DNA of 64,000 nucleotides from Patescibacteria group bacterium (GTDB lineage Bacteria; Patescibacteriota; Minisyncoccia; Moranbacterales; UBA2206): NCBI GenBank assembly GCA_022709735.1, contig JAKLIG010000001.1, positions 256,586 to 320,585 of the forward strand, read 5' to 3'. Shown piece by piece: positions 55,970 to 64,000 of this stretch (position 1 is its first letter; each line of letters starts with the position of its first letter). The notes under the pieces were generated by a model. It saw only the letters and a program-made list of their open reading frames with translations, ran no database searches and was not told where the DNA came from. The position numbers and the translations under genes were made by a program.

Positions 55970-57103
55970 CTATTTCCTAAATTCTTCCAGCTCCTTCTCT
56001 ATATATTCCTTTATTTTAGCCTTAAACAGGCTTTTGTCAAATTTTAGAACTTTGCTTCTGATATATTCCGGGTCATAATCAGAATTTTTGAATTTTCTAA
56101 TTGCTTCCGCCAAATCCTCGGGAGTTTGATTTTCAAAAAATATTCCGGTCTTGCCTTCTTCCATATGTTCTGGAATGTCCCCACCCCGGTATGCAATAAG
56201 CGGGGTACCAGAAGCCATCGCTTCAATTGCAGTGAGGCCGAAATCTTCTTCTTGCGGAAAAATAAAAGCTTGGCATCGGGAAAAATATTTTTGTAAGTTT
56301 CCGTCATCCACTCTTCCAAGAAATTCAATATTCGGTCCGGCTATTTTTTTGAGTCTTTTTAATTCCGGTCCGCGGCCGATAACCTTAAGAGGAATTCCTA
56401 ATTCATTAAAAGCTTTGATTGCAATATCAAACCGCTTATAAACCATCAGTCGTCCGGCAATCAAAAAATAATCGTCTTTTTCCCGGCTGATTTTGAAATT
56501 ATCCACATTGACGGGCGGATTTATCACGACACTTTCGCGTTTGAAATATTTTTTTATCCGGCGAGCGATAAAATTGGAATTGGCAATTATTTTGTCCGGC
56601 CGTTCTGCACTCACTCGATCCCACATCCGGATATAATTCATAAAAAACGGCACTATCTTTTTGATAAACCGCGGGAAATAAAAATCCTGATTATATTTTT
56701 GGCAATCATCCCAAGCAAAACGCATCGGCGTATGCATATAGCAAATATGCAGCGTCTTGGGACCAGTGATTATCCCTTTGGCAAAACTAGAAGAATCAGA
56801 AAGGACAATTTCGTAGTCGGAAAAATCAAATTGCTCAATAGCAAATGGCATAAATTGGGGGAAAATCCGGTGCCGGCCGACGGCGAACGGAATGCGTTGC
56901 AGAAAAGAAGTCTTAATCTTTTTTTCAGAAAAACTGCCATGCATCAATTTTTTATTATAAACAAGAGTATAAATTGGCGCATAAGGAAAAAGTTCGCAAA
57001 AAGCTTCCAGCACTTTTTCCGCTCCCCCGTTTTGAACAAGATAATCATGGACCAAAGCAATTCGCATATTAAAGATTTTTGCGTTTTCTAAATAAAACCC
57101 CAA
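55970..57103 (-). CDS. GT4-family glycosyltransferase
   Basis: EDFGLTAIEAMASGTPLIAY. Confidence 0.85.
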   Translation of the reverse strand: MGFYLENAKIFNMRIALVHDYLVQNGGAEKVLEAFCELFPYAPIYTLVYNKKLMHGSFSEKKIKTSFLQRIPFAVGRHRIFPQFMPFAIEQFDFSDYEIVLSDSSSFAKGIITGPKTLHICYMHTPMRFAWDDCQKYNQDFYFPRFIKKIVPFFMNYIRMWDRVSAERPDKIIANSNFIARRIKKYFKRESVVINPPVNVDNFKISREKDDYFLIAGRLMVYKRFDIAIKAFNELGIPLKVIGRGPELKRLKKIAGPNIEFLGRVDDGNLQKYFSRCQAFIFPQEEDFGLTAIEAMASGTPLIAYRGGDIPEHMEEGKTGIFFENQTPEDLAEAIRKFKNSDYDPEYIRSKVLKFDKSLFKAKIKEYIEKELEEFRK

Positions 57104-58484
57104 CAGTTTTGAGACAAATCTGAATATCCAGCCAAAGCGACCAGTTTTCTATATAAAATAAGTCTAACTTATACTCGTCTTCAAAATCTAAATCTGATCG
57201 ACCGGAAACTTGCGCCATGCCAGTTATCCCAGGCTTGATCGTAAGGAGTCGGCGATGGTATTCCATATATTTTTCAACTTCTCTTTTTTGATGGGGGCGC
57301 GGACCAACCATGCTCATCGAACCAAAAAGAACATTGAAAAATTGAGGAAGCTCATCAATAGAATATTTTTCGATAAATTTCCCCACTCGCGTTTTTCTTG
57401 GATCATCTTTTATTTTATAAAGCGGGCCTTTGCGCACACTTTGAGTTTCAATTAATTCCTTTTCAAGATCCACTGCTTCCTCTATTTTCTTATTTTCCTT
57501 TGTAACACAATGCTCCCATTTCATATATCGGAATTTATACACAAAAAATTTCTTCCCGTCATTTCCAATTCTTTCATTTTTATAAATTACTGGCCCTTCG
57601 CTATCTAACTTTATCGCAATTGCCGTAATAATTAGAATCGGGGAAGTTATTAGTATTCCAAAAACAGAAGTAATCGCATCAAACACCCGCTTCAAGATTC
57701 TGCCCCAACCATCTAACGGAGTATTTTTTACCTCAATCAGCGGTTCGCCATCCAAAACTCCAATTTCAAATTTGGCAGTTTGAAGACTGGTTGGGATATA
57801 TTTGAATTTAATATTATGGATCGAGGAATAGTCAATCAATTTTTCTTGTTCCGCATCGGTAATTGACGGCTCACATAAAATTATTTCGTCAATCCCTTTC
57901 TCTTGTTTTATCTCCTTAATTATGTGCAAGCTGGCCGTTTCAATCTGGTCAATAATTTTGTAGCCTAAATTTTTATCATTTTTGATTATCTTGGAAATCG
58001 CACTCATTTTTCCATTTCTCCCAATAAGAAGCACTCTGTGCACACCAATTCCGCGAGAGCGCAAAAGCCATTTCTGAACAAGCTGGATAAAATAACGCGC
58101 GGATACTATATAAAAAACCCCCAATCCCCAAGCCGCTAAAATAACAAAACGCGAAGAAAACCATTCGCGTTTCAAAAATATTGCCGCAATTATTATAACA
58201 AGACCAATCGAAGTAGCAGAAAAAACCTTTATCGTTTCTTTCCAAAATTTTCGAGTTGACTTGATATTATAAAGACCTTCTGTGGCATAAATTAAAATAA
58301 AAAATGGAGCTACAATAAGAATAATTTTGATGTAGACTTCCAATGGATAGTTATAAAGCTTGGGCCGGCCGATAAATAATTCCGGAAAATTTCTAATATA
58401 AAAAGCTGATAAAGCAGCAAGAATTATCATTAAAAAATCAACAGGAACTTGAATAGCGCTAAAAAATAATTCTGATTTCTTCAT
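57069..58484 (-). CDS. polyprenyl-phosphate glycosyl-1-phosphate transferase (WbaP/CpsE-type bacterial sugar transferase)
   Basis: N-terminal TM bundle, and a C-terminal catalytic domain (RVFDAITSVFGIL...PVIYKNERIG..GKKFFVYKFRYM...DELPQFFNVLFGSMSMVGPRP). Confidence 0.9.
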   Translation of the reverse strand: MKKSELFFSAIQVPVDFLMIILAALSAFYIRNFPELFIGRPKLYNYPLEVYIKIILIVAPFFILIYATEGLYNIKSTRKFWKETIKVFSATSIGLVIIIAAIFLKREWFSSRFVILAAWGLGVFYIVSARYFIQLVQKWLLRSRGIGVHRVLLIGRNGKMSAISKIIKNDKNLGYKIIDQIETASLHIIKEIKQEKGIDEIILCEPSITDAEQEKLIDYSSIHNIKFKYIPTSLQTAKFEIGVLDGEPLIEVKNTPLDGWGRILKRVFDAITSVFGILITSPILIITAIAIKLDSEGPVIYKNERIGNDGKKFFVYKFRYMKWEHCVTKENKKIEEAVDLEKELIETQSVRKGPLYKIKDDPRKTRVGKFIEKYSIDELPQFFNVLFGSMSMVGPRPHQKREVEKYMEYHRRLLTIKPGITGMAQVSGRSDLDFEDEYKLDLFYIENWSLWLDIQICLKTVGVLFRKRKNL

Positions 58485-58493
58485 ATTTTAAAT

Positions 58494-58843
58494 ATATATC
58501 AAGGCAAATCTATAAGCCGGATTTTGTTGAAAATGATCATTTATCTAGCCCTGCTATTGCTAGCAGAATCAAGCGGCATTTTCCGTCTTTACGTAAAAGA
58601 CAGAACACAGCCTTGCTCCCAAGTAAGGATTTAGCCGTTTCACCCCAATATTACTATTGGATTCGCCCCGCCTCAACGGCGGGGTGCTCAACCTTTCGGT
58701 TTCGCACGTCTCTGCTCGCACCTCTTAGATTACTCCAGGCGGGTGTTACCCGCTACCATTTCCGCCTCAACGGCGGATGAGAGTCCGGACTTTCCTTTAT
58801 CAAAATTAATTGATAGCGACCATTCAATTTGCCTTGATATACA
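58494..58843 (-). ncRNA. rnpB: RNase P RNA (bacterial type A-like)
   Basis: On the minus strand: P1 5' ATATCAAGGCAAAT pairs with 3' ATTTGCCTTGATAT (14-nt perfect inverted repeat at 58827-58840 / 58496-58509). The 5' P4 strand GGAAAGTCCGGACTC is present, then GGTAGCGGGTAACACCCGCC (compare GGUGCCAGGUAACGCCUGG), GGGTGAAACGG, and the 3' P4 strand ACAAAATCCGGCTTAT. Confidence 0.75.
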
Positions 58844-58956
58844 CCTAAAATTTTGTTAAAAAACTTGAAACTTAATATAATCTTGCTTTATTTAAGCCAA
58901 ATTGTTATCAGCTCTCCTTTGTTATATTAGCACAATTATTATAATCTGTCCATGCC

Positions 58957-58989
58957 TAAAACAATAAGTGACTTGAATTATATTTATAT
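58957..58989. terminator. intrinsic terminator between the valS operon and rnpB
   Basis: agtgacttgaat-tatatttat-attcaagtcact (12-bp perfect stem) followed by gtcttattttt. Confidence 0.6.
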
Positions 58990-59002
58990 TCAAGTCACTG
59001 TC

Positions 59003-59185
59003 TTATTTTTCCTTTCCAAAGCGAATCACTACCGCCTGCCTCAAAAGTTCTATTTCTTTGTCTGTAAAACTACTTTTCCTTATTTCGGCAGGCAAACTAG
59101 CTAGATCAAACATTGCCTTCAGATTTTTATCATCCAATCTTGCAATATTTTTTTTGGTTAATCTTATCAACCTCCTCTTTATCAT
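59003..59185 (-). CDS. small basic protein, unknown function (possibly genuine, co-transcribed with valS)
   Basis: 60 aa, same strand as valS, immediately followed by a terminator. No motif recognised. Confidence 0.25.
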   Translation of the reverse strand: MIKRRLIRLTKKNIARLDDKNLKAMFDLASLPAEIRKSSFTDKEIELLRQAVVIRFGKEK

Positions 59186-59203
59186 AGATACCTCCTATTA
59201 AAT

Positions 59204-61813
59204 TTATCTAAGATTATTAAAAAGTTCTTTGTTTGTTTTTAATTTAGTTTTATACTCTAGCATCTTATTTTTATTATTGTCAACAATTTCTTTAGGCGCA
59301 CTTTTTAGAAAATTCTTATTAGCTAGAAGCGCGCTGTTTTTGGAAATTAAATTTTCTAAATTTTCAATTTCTTTTTCTAAACTTTTCTTTTCTTTTTCTG
59401 TGTCAATTAATTCAGCGACATCCAAGCCCAAACTTGAAACTTTAATTAGTTTCTTCGTTGATTTTTCGGAAAATATTTTTACTCGCGCTAATTTTTCAAT
59501 AATTTCCTTATTAGAAATTTTATTAGCAGTCGCACTAATAATTTTTCCTAGATCAATATGATAACTTGAGCGAATATTTCTAATCTTTCCGATTATTTCC
59601 TGCAATTCCTGAAATTCTTTTTCCGCTTTTTTATCAATTAATTTTTTGTCTGATTCCGGCCATTTTTCAACCATCAGCATTTTATGTTTCGCATCGCTAT
59701 ATATTTTTTCCGTCACAAACGGCATAAATGGATGCCATAGTTTTAGAATTTTATCTAAAATATATCCCAGGACTTTATCGTTTTTCTCAAGCTTATGAAT
59801 TTCGAGATACCAATCCGCCAGTTCATCCCAAGTAAATTTTTGCAATTTTTCTCCAGCGAGCGAAAATTTATATTCCGAAATATTTTTTTCCACTTCAAAA
59901 ATAACTTCATTGACCCGGCTTACAATCCATTTGTCCGAAAGCGACTTTAAATCTTCTTTCCTAACATCGGATATTAGGATGAAATTGGAAGATGCTGAAG
60001 TGCAGTAGCGATAGATATTCCAGAGCTTTGTCACAAAATTTCGAAAGCTTTCAATTTTTTCTTCCGAGAGCTTGGCATCATTTCCCGGCGTAGAGCCCAT
60101 CATAAGCGAAAGCCTAACTGCGTCAGTTCCGAATTTAGAAATCATATCCAAAGGATTAATTCCGTTGCCTTTTGACTTTGACATTTTTTTACCATGTTTA
60201 TCCAATATCATTCCGTGAAGATAAACATTTTCAAAAGGAATTTCACCGAGCGCAAAAATTGTCATCATAATCATTCGAGAAACCCAAAGAGTGATGATTT
60301 CATAACCGGTTTCCAAAACTTGAGTCGGATGAAACCTGGCCAAATCACCAGTTTTTATTATTTTATCCGGCTTGCCCGCCATAGTTTTAACGGAGGCGGG
60401 CCAGCCAAGTGTGGAAAATGTCCACATTCCGGAAGAAAACCAAGTATCCAGTGTATCTTGATCTTTTGTCCAGCCTTTTCCATTTGGCGCTTTTTCACCC
60501 ACATAAATTTCATCGTTTTTATACCAAATTGGCATCTCGTGCCCAAACCAAATTTGCCGGGAAATGCACCAGTCATGCAAATTAGTCATCCAATCAATAT
60601 AGCGTTTCGTAAACCGAAAAGGGATAAATTCTATTTTTCCATTTTTTGCCACTTCAATCGCTTTTTCTTTGAGCGATTTATTTCCTAATCTTTTCAGTTT
60701 TTTGTCCACCGCCAAAAACCACTGATTCGATGGAATCGGCTCAATAACCGATCCACAACGATAGCAAGTAGCCAGATTATGAACATAATTTTCTTCGATG
60801 TGATCTATAAGCCCCATTTTTTCCATGTCAGCAACAATTTTTTCGCGTGCTTCTTTTGTTGTAAGCCCGGCATATTTTCCACAATTTTCCATCATCCGCC
60901 CATCTTCATTTATTATCTGCTTCATTGGAATATTATGGCGCATGGCAATTTCATTATCCGTAAAATCGTGCGCTGGCGTTACCTTGATCACTCCTGTCCC
61001 GAACTTCGGATCAACTGCCCGATCAGCTACCACCATAACTTCAAATTCCCCCAGCACGCCTGGAATTTTATATTTTTTTCCGACAAATTTTTTATATCGT
61101 TTATCACTAGGATGAACCGCCACTGCCGTGTCTCCCAATTTAGTTTCTGGCCTCGATGTCGCCAAAATAAAAGGACCGTATTTTATCCAATATAATTTTC
61201 CTATTTCTTCCTTGTATTCCACTTCATCATCCGCCAAAGTCGACTTGCATCTCGGGCACCAATTGACAATTCTTTTCCCGCGATAAACCAGCCCTTCATT
61301 ATACATATCTATAAACATTTTTCGAACAGCCTTTTTTCTGGTTTCATCCAAAGTGAACGCTTCACGCGACCAATCAAAAGATCCGCCCATTTTTTTGGCT
61401 TGATTCAAAATTGTTGCTTGTGTGTCCCTTAAAAACTTCCACACTTCTTTCAAAAATTTTTCTTTTCCCAAATCATGGCGCGTTATTCCTTTTTCTTTTA
61501 GAAGCTTTTTTTCCACCACATTTTGCGTAGCGATAGAAGCATGGTCTGTGCCTGGAAGATAAAGCGTCCTGAATCCTTTCATTCTGTGATATCGAATAAG
61601 GAGATCCTCAATGGCAATTGTTGAAGCGTGGCCCAAATGAAGTTTGTCAGTAATGTTTGGTGGAGGAAGAATAATTGTATAACTTTTAGCATTTTTTGGC
61701 AGTTTCAAATTATCCGGATTGAAAAAACCGCTCTTTTCCCAGAGCTTATATATTTCATCTTCATATTTATTTGCTTCGTAAGTTTTTGGAATTTCCGGCA
61801 TAAAATTTATCAA
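59204..61813 (-). CDS. valS: valyl-tRNA synthetase
   Basis: HIGH motif PPPNITDKLHLGHA, KMSKS motif KMSKSKGN, editing domain, and a C-terminal coiled coil. Confidence 0.95.
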   Translation of the reverse strand: MINFMPEIPKTYEANKYEDEIYKLWEKSGFFNPDNLKLPKNAKSYTIILPPPNITDKLHLGHASTIAIEDLLIRYHRMKGFRTLYLPGTDHASIATQNVVEKKLLKEKGITRHDLGKEKFLKEVWKFLRDTQATILNQAKKMGGSFDWSREAFTLDETRKKAVRKMFIDMYNEGLVYRGKRIVNWCPRCKSTLADDEVEYKEEIGKLYWIKYGPFILATSRPETKLGDTAVAVHPSDKRYKKFVGKKYKIPGVLGEFEVMVVADRAVDPKFGTGVIKVTPAHDFTDNEIAMRHNIPMKQIINEDGRMMENCGKYAGLTTKEAREKIVADMEKMGLIDHIEENYVHNLATCYRCGSVIEPIPSNQWFLAVDKKLKRLGNKSLKEKAIEVAKNGKIEFIPFRFTKRYIDWMTNLHDWCISRQIWFGHEMPIWYKNDEIYVGEKAPNGKGWTKDQDTLDTWFSSGMWTFSTLGWPASVKTMAGKPDKIIKTGDLARFHPTQVLETGYEIITLWVSRMIMMTIFALGEIPFENVYLHGMILDKHGKKMSKSKGNGINPLDMISKFGTDAVRLSLMMGSTPGNDAKLSEEKIESFRNFVTKLWNIYRYCTSASSNFILISDVRKEDLKSLSDKWIVSRVNEVIFEVEKNISEYKFSLAGEKLQKFTWDELADWYLEIHKLEKNDKVLGYILDKILKLWHPFMPFVTEKIYSDAKHKMLMVEKWPESDKKLIDKKAEKEFQELQEIIGKIRNIRSSYHIDLGKIISATANKISNKEIIEKLARVKIFSEKSTKKLIKVSSLGLDVAELIDTEKEKKSLEKEIENLENLISKNSALLANKNFLKSAPKEIVDNNKNKMLEYKTKLKTNKELFNNLR

Positions 61814-62201
61814 TTATTTTCTTCGCGTCATCAAAAGTATCATATTCTCCAACTTTAATATTAGGACAACCAGAAATCATAGCAGAAAGTTTTTTATTTT
61901 TCTGGCCATGAAATAAACATAATACTTTTTTATTTAATTCTATGGCTTTCGCAATTTCAAAACCAACTCCCAAGCTTGGACTTGATACATCAGCAATAAC
62001 TAAATCCGAAGATGAAAGCCAATTTAAATCACGACGATATATATATTTGTCAGATTTACCAACTTCTCCCCTTGCAGTAACCTGTCCAACATGTTCAGTT
62101 AAAACTTTTCCTAATAATTGCAAATGCTTGATAATTTTTTTATATATATTAACGTCATTTCTACCGCCACGAATTGATCCTGCAAAATATATTTTAATCA
62201 T
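61767..62201 (-). CDS. nucleoside 2-deoxyribosyltransferase / DNPH1 (Rcl)-like protein
   Basis: IYFAGSIRGGRND matches the DNPH1/NDT YF(C/A)GSIRGGR motif. 144 aa. Its 3' end overlaps the valS start by 47 nt. Confidence 0.6.
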   Translation of the reverse strand: MIKIYFAGSIRGGRNDVNIYKKIIKHLQLLGKVLTEHVGQVTARGEVGKSDKYIYRRDLNWLSSSDLVIADVSSPSLGVGFEIAKAIELNKKVLCLFHGQKNKKLSAMISGCPNIKVGEYDTFDDAKKIIDKFYAGNSKNLRSK

Positions 62202-62254
62202 ACTAAAATATTTTTAAATTCTTTTTTCATTTTAGCTCTTAGTTTTCAGTTTTT

Positions 62255-64000
62255 CTACTTTCTTACTTCCACTTTCAAAGTTTTTTCTAATCCTGAAGTA
62301 ATTTTTTCCATTAGCTTATCAACTTCTTTGCTTTCAAGCGTTCGCTCCTCTTTTCCAAATTCAATATGATAGGCAAAGCTGGTTTGATTTTCTTTTTGAA
62401 ATACATCAAACATTTTCACATTCATCACTAAACTACCACCGATTTTTTTGATCAAGTTTTGAATGTCAATCGCTTTTGTTTCTTTTTTCGCCAGCATTGA
62501 AATATCCCGAATACTCGTTGGAAATTTTTGAAGTGGTGTAAATATTTTTTCTTTGGAAGTTACTTTTAATAATTTTTCTGTATCAAATTCAGCTACTGCC
62601 ACTCGCTTTTCAATTTTATATTTTCGAAGCACTATTGGATTTATTTCTCCAATAAAACCAACTTTTTCGCCATTTATTTCAATTTCTGCCATTCTCTCTG
62701 GATGTCCAAGCCGATTCTCGGAAAGTTTAAATTCATTAAATAAAATATTTTCTGCCTTAATTCCAAAATTTTCTAATATATCTTCCACTGCGCCTTTCAG
62801 CTCATAAAAAGTTTCAGCATTCTTGTCTTTTTCAAGAACTTGCGCCATCACTAGCATCCTTTCTTCTTTGATTTCTGTCATTCCGGACTTCCTGCCTGCC
62901 GGTAGGCATGGGATCCGGAATCTAGATCCTGAACCAAGTTCAGGATGACAAGAGTAAACTTTTCCAATTTCAAAAATCTTAAAAGCTTCAAAAATTTTCA
63001 GATTGGTTTTTATATTTTTCAGCATATTCGGAATGAGACTCACTCGCACAAATTGCTGATCAGGATTCATTGGATTAGCCAGCTCAAAATGTTTTATTCC
63101 GTCTAATCCGCAATTATCCGCATCCATCCGCGAATAGAAAGAATAGTTATACATTTCGTCATATCCAAAGCCAAGCAAGGCTTTCTTAATTTTTCTTTCA
63201 AAAGCTAATTGCTTATTAACTATAGGAGAAAAATCCATATCTAAAATTGGTTGAATTTTTATTTTTTCATATCCCCAAATTCGCCCAATTTCTTCAATCA
63301 AATCTTCTTGTGTTCGAAGATCAATTCTGAAAGTTGGAATTTCTACTGCGATTATATTGCTCTTTCCGACAGTTTTTATACCTAAAAGATTTAATATTTT
63401 AAGCATCTCGCTTTTCGGAACTTTTTCACCCAAAAGAGAATTAGCATATTCTAAATTAAATTTAATTTTCCAAGATTTAATAACATTTGGATAGACATCA
63501 ATAATTCCTTCCAATTTCCCATTAGCAGTTTTTTCCAGTATTTCAATAATTCGAACCATCGCTTTTTCAGCAAGATTTGGATCAATATCTTTCTCATATC
63601 GATCAGATGATTCAGTTTTCACACCCAGCCTTGTCCTTGAGCGCCTAATGTTCACTGCATTGAAATTCGCCGATTCGATAACGATAGTTTTTGTATTGTC
63701 GTTTATTCCGCTGTCTTTTCCGCCCATAATTCCAGCCAACGCTAGTGGTGTTTCGCCATTTGTAATCAATAAATCATTTTCTGATAATTTCAATTTAGTT
63801 TCATCTAAAAGTTCTAACTCTTCATTTTTTTTAGCTCTTCTAACTATTATTTGTAATTTATTTTTTGTTGCGAGTTTTTCTGCATCGAAGGCGTGCATTG
63901 GCTGACCCAATTCGAGCATTACATAATTTGTCGCGTCAACTACATTATTAATTGCATTGATTCCCGAAGCTTTCAGGCGATTTTGCATCCACATCGGGGA
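62255..64000 (-). CDS. pheT: phenylalanyl-tRNA synthetase beta subunit (C-terminal about 580 aa; the N-terminus lies beyond the window end) with an in-frame palindromic-repeat insertion
   Basis: B3/4, B5, catalytic-like and C-terminal anticodon-binding domains of PheT. Residues CHPELGSGSRFRIPCLPAGRKSG are encoded by repeat 62884-62945. Confidence 0.9.
   Translation of the reverse strand, partial: SPMWMQNRLKASGINAINNVVDATNYVMLELGQPMHAFDAEKLATKNKLQIIVRRAKKNEELELLDETKLKLSENDLLITNGETPLALAGIMGGKDSGINDNTKTIVIESANFNAVNIRRSRTRLGVKTESSDRYEKDIDPNLAEKAMVRIIEILEKTANGKLEGIIDVYPNVIKSWKIKFNLEYANSLLGEKVPKSEMLKILNLLGIKTVGKSNIIAVEIPTFRIDLRTQEDLIEEIGRIWGYEKIKIQPILDMDFSPIVNKQLAFERKIKKALLGFGYDEMYNYSFYSRMDADNCGLDGIKHFELANPMNPDQQFVRVSLIPNMLKNIKTNLKIFEAFKIFEIGKVYSCHPELGSGSRFRIPCLPAGRKSGMTEIKEERMLVMAQVLEKDKNAETFYELKGAVEDILENFGIKAENILFNEFKLSENRLGHPERMAEIEINGEKVGFIGEINPIVLRKYKIEKRVAVAEFDTEKLLKVTSKEKIFTPLQKFPTSIRDISMLAKKETKAIDIQNLIKKIGGSLVMNVKMFDVFQKENQTSFAYHIEFGKEERTLESKEVDKLMEKITSGLEKTLKVEVRK
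62884..62945. repeat. Composite element copy: palindrome E (62884-62903) plus a truncated MITE-like D (62904-62945), inside the pheT CDS
   Basis: cctgcctgccggtaggcatgg + gatccggaatctagatcctgaaccaagttcaggatgacaag. The reverse complement matches D1/D2 hairpin 1 exactly. Confidence 0.6.

Noticed and set aside
60194-61195. 164-aa and 138-aa plus-strand ORFs inside valS
   Set aside because: Antisense shadow ORFs within valS.
1-64000. CRISPR arrays, IS elements or transposases, prophage genes, rRNA or tRNA genes
   Set aside because: No regularly spaced direct repeats with unique spacers, no transposase/integrase/recombinase-like ORFs, and no tRNA-like cloverleaf or rRNA-like conserved blocks were recognised by eye. 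tRNA and rRNA absence should be confirmed with tRNAscan-SE and Infernal.

Overview
This 64 kb window is AT-rich (roughly 30-35% G+C by eye) and gene-dense, with mostly short proteins and many start/stop overlaps (ATGA-type and longer). That style fits a reduced-genome Patescibacteria/CPR-like bacterium using the standard code (TGA/TAA/TAG all seen as stops). The housekeeping backbone is priA, def, fmt, obg, yidD, a corA-like gene, cysS, dus, dnaB, recR, rplU, clpB, htrA, lepA, murJ, valS, pheT (partial) and an RNase P RNA gene that was found by eye and is absent from the ORF track.

The accessory content is as follows.
(1) There is a dTDP-sugar/glycan locus: rfbB, rfbC-like, FdtA-like cupin, Wzz-like protein and a GT4 glycosyltransferase.
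(2) There is a PgaC/PgaB-like exopolysaccharide module: a processive GT2 synthase, a NodB-type deacetylase and two paralogous lectin-like domains.
(3) A FtsE/MacB-like ABC ATPase with a repeat-bearing C-terminal extension sits with a FtsX-like permease beside an HtrA paralog that has lost its catalytic triad.
(4) Three tandem paralogs carry a C-terminal PEP-utiliser phospho-His swivel domain, interrupted by a compositionally foreign (GC-richer) low-molecular-weight protein tyrosine phosphatase (LMW-PTP) gene.
(5) A roughly 4.5 kb GC-richer island (about 43.9-48.4 kb) encodes a Cys-rich small protein, a highly structured leader, a ParB/Srx-like DGHxR protein, a family-I inorganic pyrophosphatase with substituted metal-binding Asp, an N-terminally extended HemN-like radical SAM enzyme and a FecR-like surface protein.
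(6) A further envelope locus holds murJ, a large membrane-anchored protein, three GT4 glycosyltransferases and a WbaP-like priming transferase.

Several families of short palindromic dispersed repeats are present. One is a MITE-like composite element inserted in-frame into two coding sequences (a TagA-like glycosyltransferase and pheT), which resembles Rickettsia palindromic elements. A 20-nt palindrome from that element is also nested inside another repeat. A roughly 440 nt GC-rich structured non-coding region between obg and yidD ends in a minus-strand intrinsic terminator; it is probably an RNA gene, but its class could not be assigned. No CRISPR arrays, transposases, rRNA or tRNA genes were recognised.
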